A program made the position numbers and the translations under genes. DNA of 64,000 bases from the NCBI RefSeq assembly GCF_011386835.1, contig NC_088810.1:17856001-17920000 (forward strand). The letters run 5' to 3'. The notes under the pieces are model-generated. The model saw nothing but the letters and a program-made list of their open reading frames with translations, ran no database searches and was not told the DNA's origin. How positions within the stretch are numbered: the stretch's first letter is position 1; every line of letters begins with the position of its first letter. Below are positions 33,884 through 55,290 of this stretch, piece after piece. This DNA is from Chrysemys picta bellii. Its lineage: Eukaryota.

Positions 33884-36169
33884 TTAGAAATGTTTTGATT
33901 TTTCTGAATGAAAAAACGTATTTAAAAAAAAAATGTATTTCCCCTCCCTACCAGCTGTCCTTTTTGCCTATTGCAGCTGACTAAGGTGGATGGGGGAGGT
34001 GAAAAACATCCCAAACTGAAAAGAGTTGGGTTTCTGTTCTTTCTGGTGAGGCAAAAAACAAAACAAAAAGAAAATTCCACCACATGGTGAGAAACAGCTC
34101 CGGCCCCACAAAGGATGGAAGGGGAAACTGAGGCACAAAGAAGGGATGGGACTTGTCCAGCAGGTCGTTGGTATAGCCAGGAATAGAAGCCAGGTGTCCT
34201 GATTTGCCGGGGCTGGTGCTTTCAAAGCAGGAAGATTAAGGTTCAGTCTTTGCTCCTATATTGTCCTGGAGGGCTCATGGGGTTATTACCCCATCAGACA
34301 GGGCAAAATTCTCCACAGTGGAGCTCAGCTTGGATTTTCTCTCAACATTTTTGATTTAAAAAAAAGCCATTTTATTTTTTTAAAAAAAGAAAGTTTCAGA
34401 CAAAAAGTTCCGACCGGTTCTCTTAGCCAAAAAGTTTCCCGCTGCCCCCGCCTTCACCTCCCAGCTGCCTGTGCTCTCCAAAGGGGACGGATGCTGGAGC
34501 TCCAAGGAGAGAGAACTAGGTGTTTTGTCGAGCAATTTGGGTCAAGTCTGGTTACTTGGGGCATGACTCAGCGCTCTTTGTTTTGCAGATGAGCAGGTTT
34601 CGGTTCCAGCTGCTCGTCTTTGACGTTTTCAAACCGAGAGTTCTCAGAATTCGAGCTCATTTCTACTCTGTTTCCCAGCTGGTCTTGTGCAGTTTGGGGA
34701 AGTGGCTAGCAACTGCTGACTTTGGTGTTTAGAAAGCACCTCAAGGGTGCCTGGTGCTTACCAGACAAAATTAACAGGACCTCCCTACTGAGGAGCGTTC
34801 AGACAATCTTGTCTAGATTAGGGATTGGACGCTGTTATAGCCCTCAGGGCCAAGGTAGCTAGATAGCTGCAAACCCGTATTGTAGCTAGGCCGAGCTGTC
34901 ATTTGCTCTGGTGCAACTGTAACATCGACAGACCCTGGTCGTCGGCGGGCAGGATCGAACCTGGGACCTCTCGAGCTTAGTTCATGAGCCAAAAGCCAAC
35001 TGGCTGTTAGCTAAGGTTGTAGAGCAAACTCATTAATAGCTCTCTGTCTCTCTCTCTGTCTCGGTGCCACAAGATGGGACAGAACACCACACCCAGGAGG
35101 TGTGTGGGTTACACAACCAATGCAGTAACCGGCCACCAGTGGCTGAAATTCCCAGTGTAGACAAAGCCTGAGCGTGCATCTGACCAGGTGAGGGTAGGAT
35201 TTACAGAAGAACCGAAGGACCAGATTTTCCAAGGTATTTAGGCACCTACGGATGCTGATCAGTATCTAATGGGCTTTAGAAAGACGCCTGAGCAGGTGGG
35301 ACGCTTGATTCCCATTGAAAGTCATCCCGGATGCCGTTTAATTTGCCCCTCACTCACTTATGAAAATGGGACTTAAGTTCCTTTGTAATTACATCACTTT
35401 TGAAAATGGGATTTAGGCTGCCAAGCCATTTTGACCCTCTTGAAAATGTTTCCCCTTGTGCCTCCCACCATGGCTGGCCGTGCAGTTCCCAGCTGCTGTT
35501 TATTTATCTGCCTAGCAGCCCCTAGGACAGTGATGCTCAGACGGGGGCTCGCGAGTTGCATGTGGCTCTTCGCTGCGTCTCCTGTGGCTCTTTGCAGTAC
35601 ATGATATTAAAACACTGTGATTTAATTAGTAACCAATCAGGAGGCTTTTACCATGTTATTAACCAATTGTAGTTGATAAAATAATAACACCTGGTCAGTC
35701 ATTTTGCTGTGCGCGTAATAGATATACTAAATATTTCCCATCATGCTGTTTAAATATGACTATATAGTACTATAGTCAATGAAGCAATGAATTCACACGG
35801 GTCTGCTCTACTGGGTAATGGTGATCGATAATTTGGCTCCTGAACCACTCAGGGCTGAGTATCGCTGACCTAGGATCTCATTGTGTTTGTTTATTGCTAT
35901 AGGGTGTATTACAGTAGCGCCTAGGAGCGCCGACCTCAGACCAAGACTCCATTGTGCTAGGCACTCTACATTAAGTGGATTACGGTAGTGCCCAGGCGTC
36001 CCAGCTGTAGATCAAAACCCCATTGTGCTAGGTGCAGTTCCTTATTCATTAGGTGTATTATGGTAGCGTCTGGGCGCCCCCAGGACTGCATTGTGCTAGG
36101 CCTTATACAGACACAATGCTGGGCCCTGCCCCGACCTAAACATAAGACAAGAGGGAACAGATGGCTACA

Positions 36170-37135
36170 TACCCCACGGGTATGGTTTTGTTCAATATCT
36201 TCATTAATGATCTGGAGGATGGCATGGATTGCACCCTCAGCAAGTTTGCAGATGACACTAAACTGAAAGGAGTGGTAGATACGCTGGAGGGTAGGGATAG
36301 GATACAGAGGGACCTAGACAAATTAGAGGATTGGGCCAAAAGAAATCTGATGAAGTTCAACAAGGGCAAGTGCAGAGTCCTGCACTTAGGATGGAAGAAT
36401 CCCATTCACTGTTACAGACTAGGGACTGAATGGCTAGTCAGCAGTTCTGCAGAAAAGGACCTAGGGGTTACAGTGGATGAGAAGCTGGATATGAGTCAAC
36501 AGTGTGCCCTTGTTGCCAAGAAGGCTAACGGCATTTTGAGCTGTATAAGTAGGGGCATTGCCAGCAGATCGAGGGACGTGATCATTCCCCTCTATTTGAC
36601 ATTGGTGAGGCCTCATCTGGAGTACTGTGTCCAGTTTTGGGCCCCCCACTACAAGAAGGATGTGGAAAAATTGGAAAGAGTCCAGCGGAGGGCAACAAAA
36701 ATGATTAGGGGGCTGGAGCACATGACTTATGAGGAGAGGCTGAGGGAACTGGGATTGTTTAGTCTGCAGAAGAGTAGAATGAAGGGGGATTTGATAGCTG
36801 CTTTCAACTACCTGAAAGGGGGTTCCAAAGAGGATGGATCTAGACTGTTCTCAGTGGTGGCAGATGACAGAACAAGAAGTAATGGTCTCAAGTTGCAGTG
36901 GGGGAGGTTTAGGTTGGATATTAGGAAACACTTTTTCCCTAGGAGGGTGGTGAAGCACTGGAATGGGTTACCCAGGGAGGTGGTGGAATCTCCTTCCTTA
37001 GAGGTTTTTAAGGTCAGGCTTGACAAAGCCCTGGCTGGGATGATTTAGTTGGGAATTGGTCTGGCTTTGAGCAGGGGGTTGGACCAGATGACCTCCTGAG
37101 GTCCCTTCCAACCCTGATATTCTACGATTCTATGA
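36170..37135 (+). mobile_element. 5'-truncated CR1 LINE with open ORF2 C-terminus
   Basis: LFNIFINDL...KFADDTKL (reverse transcriptase motif)...[10 protein letters not shown]; tail ATTCTACGATTCTATGA. Confidence 0.96.
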
Positions 37136-38057
37136 TACAGACTGGGGAACGGGGGGGACAGGGACGCAATGAGATAACACTGGTCAGCATGATCAGCAGT
37201 GGTCCCCACACACCAGGGGACTAACCAGCAAGTTTTTGTTGGCTTCACACGACAAAGGAGAGTTTTGAGGAGGGATTTGAAGGTGGGTAATGACTTGAGG
37301 GAGCATTACTGATTGTCCCAGGAAAGCAGGAAGGGGCTTGTTTGAAAATGTAACCCTTGGGTGAGCAGAACGGCACTACGCTTTGTCGTAGGGGTCTGCA
37401 AAAGCAAGCCCTACATTCACAAAGCCTATGGCTAGTGTCAGGACACACTCCCGCCCCCTGGAAGTTTATAAAGCTTAACCGCAGAACCCCAGCGTGTTCC
37501 TTTCCTCCATCCCGTTGCTGCCGACGCTGTCCGGAATACATGCCAATTCTCCCTGAAGCTTTCACCTCCATCTCCAGCAGCTACCGAAAAAGTGGAGCTG
37601 GGTGGGAACTGCAATTTCCCTCCTGTGAAAATGTTGCATTTCTGGCGGAAGGAAATAAAATCAGTCCAAGTTGGAATAGAACGTCAGAGACGTGAAACTG
37701 TCCCGGGGAGAGGGAGACATGTTCAAACCGTTCAACTTCGGAAGACCCGAAACGGAATGTTTTGAAAATTTCCAGCCCCACCTCCCCAAGCTCTGTGGGA
37801 ATGCAGAGTTGGCCTTCCAGGCTATCGGCCTCTCCTGGGGCAGAGCTGGGGAGCCAGGGGAACCATTTCAATTGTGATGAATCAGCATTTTCTCTTGCAA
37901 AGCAGTGTGGGGTAGCGGATAAGCCTGGTTAAATATCTAGGCCTGCGGCAGTGACCTCGCATAAACCGTTTGCCAAGTTATTTGCAAAACGAAAGGAAAA
38001 TTGTTGAGCAGTTCTCCTCTGTCTTCTGGTTTGGGGTTCAGGCCTTAGTCAGTTGCA

Positions 38058-38239
38058 AATTGGAATGGGATGGGTTACCTAGGAAGGTGGTGGAATCTCC
38101 TTCCTTAGAGGTTTCTAAGGCCCAGCTTGACAAAGCCCTGGCTGGGATGAGTTAGTTGGGGTTGGTCCTGCTTTGAGCAGGGGGTTGGACTAGATGACCT
38201 CCTGAGGTTTCGTCCAACCCTGATCTTCTGTGATTCTAT
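38058..38239 (+). mobile_element. Short CR1 3' fragment
   Basis: ggaatgggatgggttacctagg...gattctat. Confidence 0.85.
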
Positions 38240-39409
38240 TAAATTGTATAGGAATTTAAACAGCACTTAAAAGAGGTGAGATTTGACCTTCTGGTCTCTT
38301 TTGCAGTTCAGGGAACTGTAGGCTTAAGAGGGTATTTAGTAACACAAATGGTCAACAGTAGCAGATTTGTCTTCAAATTCAGCAGCTTTGGCATGGTGCA
38401 CAAAGGTTTATTTTTGTTATGACTAAAATGTTATAAAATGCCCCATAGACAAACCCTCCTGATCTATAACCAACATTCTGGGATGGACACATGAGGTGCA
38501 AGAATGTGGCCAGAGGAGAGGTCCCAGCTGTTTGCGATTTTGTGCAAAAAGACAATCTGGTGAAAAATTGCTGCAAGGGGTGATTTTTTTTTTGAACTTT
38601 TATTTTCTTTTATCTCTAGCAATTCATTTTCCATCAAAAACTATGATGCTATGAAAAAACTTCAAATCATGCCCATTCTACGCTTTGGTTTTTGCCATCT
38701 CAATGGGATATTTTAGACAAGAAAAGTTTCAAACTCCTGTTAAGCTGAATGTAATCATACAACCCTGACTCTGGGTGAAGCAGGCCAGAAAAGGGATTTT
38801 CGGTCCAATGGGAAATTCCAACATTTTGAAATGTTGTTATCCCAAATTGGGACAAAAATAGCTAAATTTGGTGTGGTAAGAAATATTCTGCTTTGGTAAA
38901 CTCAAAATGACTGTGTTGCGAAGTTGTTCTAGCTGTGTCGGCCCAGGATACGCAAGGTTGAGGTTTGATATTCTATGATATTTATATTTAGACATGAGAA
39001 AGTCAAACCAAAATGTTTTGAAACTCTTCCATTGAAAATTTCATAGAAATTGTCACGAGTCCCGCAAAATGTTTCGATTTCAACCAAACAAACTTTTCCG
39101 ATGGAAAATTGTTCCACAGAGCATTTTCCAACCGGCTCTAACCACATGGCTGCTACCACTACACAAACCTAATGCAGCAAACAGTGGAGGAGCGGGGTGG
39201 GAAGGTGACACCCTGCTCTGATGCAGCTGGCCGCTGGGGTCATTGGCGCTGACTCCCTGGGTGCTCCAGGGCTCAAACACCCACCGAAAAAAACGGGGTG
39301 CTTAGCCAGATTAATCTTTTGTGGTGCCCGGGCCATGGCCCCACCCTCTGCTCCACCTGTGCACTGCCCTGAGGCCCCACCCCCGCTCGGCCTATTCCCC
39401 CCCAAGACC

Positions 39410-39532
39410 TAGGGTGACCAGAGAGCAACTGTGAAAAACGGGACAGGGCATGGGGGGTAATAGGCGCCCATATAAGAAAAAGTCCCTAAAAACGGGACTG
39501 TCCCTTTAAAAACAGGACATCTGGTCACCCTA
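39410..39532. mobile_element. Blackjack-like hAT MITE (123 bp)
   Basis: TIRs TAGGGTGACCAG / CTGGTCACCCTA; TSD CCAAGACC / CCGAGACC. Confidence 0.88.
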
Positions 39533-40239
39533 CCGAGACCCCACAGGGCATCTTTCCCTTGAAGCCCTCCCGCTGCTCTCATGGGCGGGGGGGGGGGGGG
39601 GGAAGGAGGCAGAGAGGACCACCCACTGGCAAAAACAAAAGTCAGGTTTGGGGTCTCAATAGCATATTCAAAGTGTCAATAGCCGTATGCTCATGGGCAC
39701 CTGGAGGGCATTTCTGCTCAGCCCTCTCAACATCCCACTCACTACTGGGTGCTCAGGCAGTCAAAGATCAATCGGAAACTGGCTTAGTGAACATGCTGGG
39801 TGCCCAATTGACAATCAAGTGGGACTGGGATTCAGGAGATGTAGGTTCTAGTCCCTGCACTAGCACTGTCCTGCTCTGTGACCTTGGGCAAATTGCTTCC
39901 CTGATCTGTGCCTCAGTTTCCCCTTTGTCTGCCTCATCTATTTAGCTTGTGAGCTCAGGGAGGCAGGCTCTGTCTTTCCCTCTGTGTTCATGCAGAACCC
40001 TGGACAACAGGGCCCTGATTTCAGCTGGGATCTCTAAGTGTTAATATAATACTGATGATAATTTAAACCTGTCTGAGCTTTTGAAAATGTTGACCCTACT
40101 AGTTTATTTTTTAACTCTCCAAATCATGTGCTGTAGGGTCTAGGAAGGGAAGGAAAAACACCTGATTTTAGTGTTCCGGGGCTGGGCACTGAAAATCAGC
40201 CTGCAGCCGTAGTTAACATCCCTAGTTTGATACAGTCAC

Positions 40240-40466
40240 AGTAAACGTGAAACCAGAGGTCCTGCCATTTCCCCATTCACAGTCCCATGTGACGAGCCTG
40301 GCAGGTCAAACCGAACTCCTATTTCTCGGCATGCAGTCAGAGCAGGAAGGGTGTCAGGGTTCACTCAGGAGCCAACCTTGGGAGGAAAATTTGGGGGAAT
40401 TCTTGCTGCCTGCTGATCAGTTCAGGATTCCTGCCTAGAAATCTCCACTGGGCGAACTCCCGTCAG
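40240..40466 (+). promoter_or_regulatory. CTSS: Probable CTSS copy 1 promoter and non-coding exon 1
   Basis: IRF-like TAAACGTGAAACC at ~40242, CATGTGAC (MiT/TFE E-box) at 40286-40293 and donor CAG|GTATGT at 40466/40467. The block is conserved in copy 2. Confidence 0.6.
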
Positions 40467-41201
40467 GTATGTTTGGCTTTTTCTTTTTCCCCCTTGTACT
40501 TTAAATCTCCCCTTTGTCGTGTTTGGAACAATGTATTTGAGGAATTTTGCTTGTAGAGAGTTTGCATCAGTGGACACCCGCGTGCATCAGTCTTGATTGT
40601 GCTACTTTGAAAATCCAAGTCCTCTTCATCTAAATCCCTCTGGGCCAGATCCTCAGCTGGTATAAATCTGCTTCGCTCCAGTGACCACAATGGAGCGACA
40701 CCAGTTTACATCACCTAGGGACCAAACTCATTGACCTCAGTGCAGCTACATCAATTCCCACCCCAGCTGGGAACGTCTCTGACTTTCGCTAGCTCTGTCC
40801 CTCCCTCCCGCCCCGGATCACCTTATCCCAGGCTCTGACACCCATGGCCAGGTCCAAGATCCAGTTCAGGAGCTGAAGTAGCCGGGTGATATTATCCATT
40901 GACCCAGCTCTGTTTTCCTTTCAAGTCTGTTGTTGTCGTATGAGGTTCCAGGAAGCCCCTTCCCCTGCCCCATCGCCCCCAAGAGGTACAAGCCGCCAGA
41001 TGGCTCAGTGTGAGAACTGCTGCAGGGTCAAGGTTTGCTTCTTGACACTTTGCTCATGGCAGAGAGAGTGGAGAAATCTCAGTAAGTCAGTGTCAGATCT
41101 CTTGCACCATCACTGAGTGGAGGAAATTGAAACACTTGGCTTAACCATGCAGATATTATCTCTCACCAGCGTGCTCTTTTTTTCCCCCCTAGCTGAGCAG
41201 A

Positions 41202-50690
<9,489 letters not shown>

Positions 50691-52000
50691 CGAGATGGGC
50701 TGCTTCAGACTGCACTCTGGAGATGTGGTCTGTTAAACTGCTAATCTTAGCCTTGCTGTAATCTAGCTGCTCTGTACGGGTTCTAATGGCGAAATCCTCC
50801 CATCAGATCCATCTGACGGATCTGAGACAAGCAGCTGAAAGATGAATGATCATGATTGATCTGGTCCAGAATTTGGGCACATTTAGCTCACTCTCCCTAT
50901 CCCGCAGGGGTGTTTGTAATTGATTAATGTCTATGCCTTGCTTTGCGCATGTGAAGTGCTATTTCAGTGCCAAGTATTGTCACTGCCGCTGTCTCAAAAT
51001 GTGTTGGATTGAAGGCATGGAAGGCAACTAGTCCATGCGGTAGAGTTGCCGAAGCCACATCAGAGATGGAGAGGCAGCTACAGGTATCGATTTTTCACAA
51101 TACAGGTCACAAAGCAATCATTAGCAACCCCGAAGATCAAGCAAACTATGGACAGTCCTTGGAGGAGGGAACGTGTTTTCCAGGGCTACACAAAATTGGG
51201 TTAGTATCTTGCAATGCTGCTCCCATAAGCCTTATGCAAAGTCATTAGCATGCCAGCAGTCAGAAATGATCTGATATCGCCTTGTGCTACAGAGAAGGCC
51301 AGCCATGGAACCAAGTGCTGCTGCTGTTATAAATTGTGACCTACAGACTGAGGTCAGCCTTTGCACTCGCAGCGCTTGGACCAAGGACACGGTGCAGAGA
51401 TGAAAGGTCTGATTCTCTCTTCCACTGCACAGCCATTTACCCCTGTGCAAAGTAGGTGTATAATGTTGCTGAATCAGAAGAGCAGCAGTTTTCAGCCGAG
51501 GTATCCATGACTGCATATGATGCACAGTAGCAGGGAGTCAGGCCCAAAGGCTGTAAATGTAGCTGCAGGTATGGGATGAGCGATTGTATGAGCAAGAATG
51601 CAGGGAAAGGGTGAATCTGGAATCCACACCCCCAGCTGCAAGTGCCAGCACAGCACTGGGAATCACATCTGCTGCCCTGCTCTACTCCACAGGCCGCGGG
51701 GGAGCCCTGCTTCCGGATCTGACCTACTTTGCCCTACTTCGGAATATGATTTGCAGACACCTATTGACCGAATCCTTGCGGGATACAGTTTCAGAGTGAG
51801 GTCACACATCTCTACAGCACATGAAATGCATTCTCTTCTCTCCAACTCAGCAGTGAGGTTGCTGTGACGATCCAGATCTAATCTCATCTGTAAACAATGC
51901 ATGTAATAGAAATTACACGTCCTCCTCCAAAAGGAAAAAAATATATTCAATTGTCTGAGAAGTTTAGACTCAGTCTGTTCAGCAGAGCCAGGTGTGGGAT

Positions 52001-52554
52001 CAGGGCCGGTGCAACCACTAGGCGAACTAGGCGAACGCCTAGGGCGCCTAGTGGTTGATGGCGCCTAAAAGCCCGCTCCAGCAAGGAGGTGGAGTGGAGG
52101 TGAGCTGGGGCGGGGGGGTGCGGGGAGGGCCGCCCGCAGTAACGGAGGGGGAGCACACAGAGGAACCGCTCCCCGCCCCAGATCACCTCCACTCTGCCTC
52201 CTCCACTGAGCACAGAGCCCCCTCTCTAATTCTCCTCCAATCGGCCCCGCAAGCCCGGGAGGGGAGGAGAATTAGAGCGGCGCCGGCGTGCTCAGCGGAG
52301 GAGGCAGAGCGGAGGTGAGCTGGGGCGGGCTCCCTGGGCGGGGTTAGCTGCAGAGGGGTCTCCCTGCGTGGGGGGCTCCCTGGGTGTGTGTGGGGGTGGC
52401 AGGCGGGGTTAGCTGCCGCGGGGGGGGCCTCCTCTGGTGGGGGGAGGCGGGTGGGCGTGGTTAGCTGCCATGGGGGGCAGGGTTAGCTACGTGCTGGGGG
52501 TGGTGCAAGGTGGAAGTTTCGCCTAGGGCGCGAAACTTCCTTGCACCAGCCCTG
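52001..52554. mobile_element. hAT-Tip100-like MITE
   Basis: TIRs CAGGGCCGGTGCAA / TTGCACCAGCCCTG; perfect TSD TGTGGGAT. Confidence 0.92.
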
Positions 52555-53117
52555 TGTGGGATACTTAGCGAGTGACAGAAATGCAAAGCCACCCTGATTA
52601 CAGACGAAACAAACTCTTGGGCCCTGATGCTGCAAAATCTGATTGATGAGGGTGGAGCCCTGAATCTCTGCAAAGCCCCAAGAGGGATCCATATGGGCAC
52701 AGGGGTCCACTTGAATTAATCAGGTTACAAAGTCAGGGCTTTAGTTAATCAAAGGGAAGCTGATAAAAATGTGGGATCCATCAGGGTGTTGCAGGGCCAG
52801 GTAGAAAAACGATCACTGAAAGTCTGGTTACTGCGGGCGAGGGAGGTGGGGAGGCACTGGCACCAGTGCACCGGGCATCACCCGCACCAGCCTCTACTCA
52901 TCCAGAGCCGCCTCCTACCTTCGTTGGGTGGCTGCAGCTCCCAGCCCCGGCTCCACAGGCAAGTCTCTCCTGAACCAGGTGGCGGGGGGGTGTAAGGGGA
53001 AAAGCAGCGAGCAACGGGGGAGGAGGGGGGGCAGGAGTGGATGGGGTGGGGCCTCAGGGGAAGAGTCAAAGTAGAGATGGGGCTTTTGGGAGAAATAGGG
53101 GGGCAGGGGAGGTTCTG

Positions 53118-53118
<1 letters not shown>

Positions 53119-53168
<50 letters not shown>
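53119..53168. repeat. (CA)25 microsatellite
   Basis: Read directly from the sequence. Confidence 0.98.
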
Positions 53169-53169
<1 letters not shown>

Positions 53170-53561
53170 CCCTCGGCAGGATGGACCCAGCCACATTGTG
53201 GTCCTGGTTCCCATTTGCACTATGGCCTCTTTGCACGGGGTAGAGCAGTGTACAGGTGAGTCCCTCCTGACCCGAGTGGCGGGGGGTGTAAGGGGAAAAG
53301 TAGCGAGCAACACGGAAAAGGGGAAGAGGAGTGGATGGGGCAGGGCCTCAGGGGAATGGGCGGGGCAGGGGCGGTTCTGGCACTCCTGCTGGAGTGTCCG
53401 GTTTTTAAATACAGTAACTCATCGCTTAACATTGTAGTTATGTTCCTGAAAAATGCAACTTTAAGCAAAACGATCTTAAGCAAATCCAATTTCCCCATAA
53501 GAATTAATGGGTTAGGTTCCAGGGAAATTTTTTTCATCAGACAAAAGACTATATTATATAG

Positions 53562-54637
53562 CAGGAGTAGGCAACCTTTCAGAAGTGGTGTGCCGAGTCT
53601 TCATTTATTCACTTTAATTTAAGGTTTCGCATGCCGGTAATACATTTTAACGTTTTTTAGAAGGTCTCTTTCTATAAGTCTATAATATATAACTAAACTA
53701 TTGTTGTATGTAAAGTAAACAAGGTTTTCAAAATGTTTCAGAAGCTTCATTTAAAATTAAATTAAAATCCTGATCTAACGCTGCCAGCCTGCTCAGCCCG
53801 CTGCCAGCCTGGGGTTCTGTTCACCTAGGCCGGCAGCGGGCTGAGCGGGGCCTGCGGCCGGGACCCCAGACCTGGGGTGGGGGTCAGGGCAGAAGGCTGG
53901 GTGTGTGGGGGGGTTCAGGGATCAGGGCAGAGGGCTGGGGGTGTGTGGTGGTACAGGGCAGAAGGCTGGGTGTGTGGGGGAGTTCAGGGTTCAGGGCAGA
54001 AGGCTGGGTGTGTGGGGGGGTTCAGGGTTCAGGACAGAAGGCTGGGTGTGTGTGTGGGGTCAGGGCAGAGGGCTGGGGTGCTCGGTTCGTGGGGGTGCTC
54101 CTAGCCCCCTGCCCTGAGCGGCTCATGGCAAGGGGCTGGAAGGGATATGCCCTGTTCCACACCCTTCCCCCAGGCTCCGTCCCTACCTCTCTCTGCCTCC
54201 TCTACGGAGCAGGGAGCACGCTGCCACTCGGCTCTGCTCTGCTCCGCTCCCCCTCACAAGGGCCATCGGCGTAGGGAGGGGGAGGGGGAGGAGGGGCAGG
54301 AAAGCACCACCCTGGGGGAAGAAGCGGGGGAGGGGGAAGCTTGGATGCCGCAGGACCAAGCTTCTGCCTCCTGCCCCCGCAGGGGAGAGCGGTGGGCGGT
54401 GCGGGGGCTGAGTGGGGCTGGGGCCTGGGACCCCCCCCACCGCTCTCCCCTGCAGGGGCAGGAGGCAGAAGCTTGGTTCTGCGGCAGCCAAGCTTCCCCC
54501 CTCCCCCGCTTCTTGCCCCAGCCGTGGTGCTTTCCTGCCCCCCCTCCTCCTCCTCCTCTCACAGGGCAGGCAGCGTGCCACTCAGAATCGGCTTGTGTGC
54601 CGTGTTTGGCACCTGTGCCGTAGGTTGCCGACCCCTG
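53562..54637 (-). mobile_element. hAT-Charlie-like MITE nested in the Tigger-like element
   Basis: TIRs CAGGAGTAGGCAACC / GGTTGCCGACCCCTG; perfect TSD TTATATAG. Confidence 0.92.
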
Positions 54638-55060
54638 TTATATAGATCTACACACACACAGTATACGGTTTAAACAAACAATTTAATACTGGTACACAGT
54701 GATGATGATTGTGAAGCTTGGTTGAGGTGGTGGAGTCAGAGGGTGGGATATTTCCCAGGGAGCCTTATTGCTAAATGATGAACTAGCACTCGGCTGAGCC
54801 CTCAAAGGTTAACACATTGTTGTTAATGTAGCCTCACACTCTACAAGGCAGCACGAATGGAGGGAGAGGAGGCAGCACGGCAGACAGAGACAGAGACACA
54901 CACCCTGTGTGTGAGAGAGAGAGAGAGAGATGCGCATTGCCCCTTTAAGAACGCTGGCCCCACTCTAAGTACACTGCCTTTTAAAGTAGATCAGCAAGTT
55001 GAGACAGCAGCTGCCCCCAGGAAGCTCCCTCTGCCCTGAGCCCTGTCCTGTCACACCCCC

Positions 55061-55290
55061 TAGGGCCGGCTCCAGGGTTTTGGCCGCCCCAAGCAGCCAA
55101 AAAAAAAAAAAAAAAAGAGCCGCGATTGCAATCGCGACCTGTGGTGGCAATTCGGCGGAAGGTCCTTCACTCCGAGCGGGAGTGAGGGACCGTCCGCCGA
55201 ATTGCCGCCGAACAGCTGGACCTGCCGCCCCTCTCCGGAGTGGCCGCCCCAAGCACCTGCTTGCCAAGCTGGTGCCTAGAGCCGGTCCTG
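55061..55290. mobile_element. Tip100-like MITE nested in the Tigger-like element
   Basis: TAGGGCCGGCTCCAGG / CCTAGAGCCGGTCCTG termini; TSD unclear. Confidence 0.75.

Noticed and set aside
36161-37048. 295-aa ORF (and the 350-aa ORF at 42353-43405) as host genes
   Set aside because: These are 5'-truncated CR1 ORF2 fragments with CR1 3' tails and no upstream promoter or ORF1.
40331-40438. Upstream ORF in CTSS exon 1
   Set aside because: Frameshifted in copy 2, and the transcription start is unknown, so there is no support for function.
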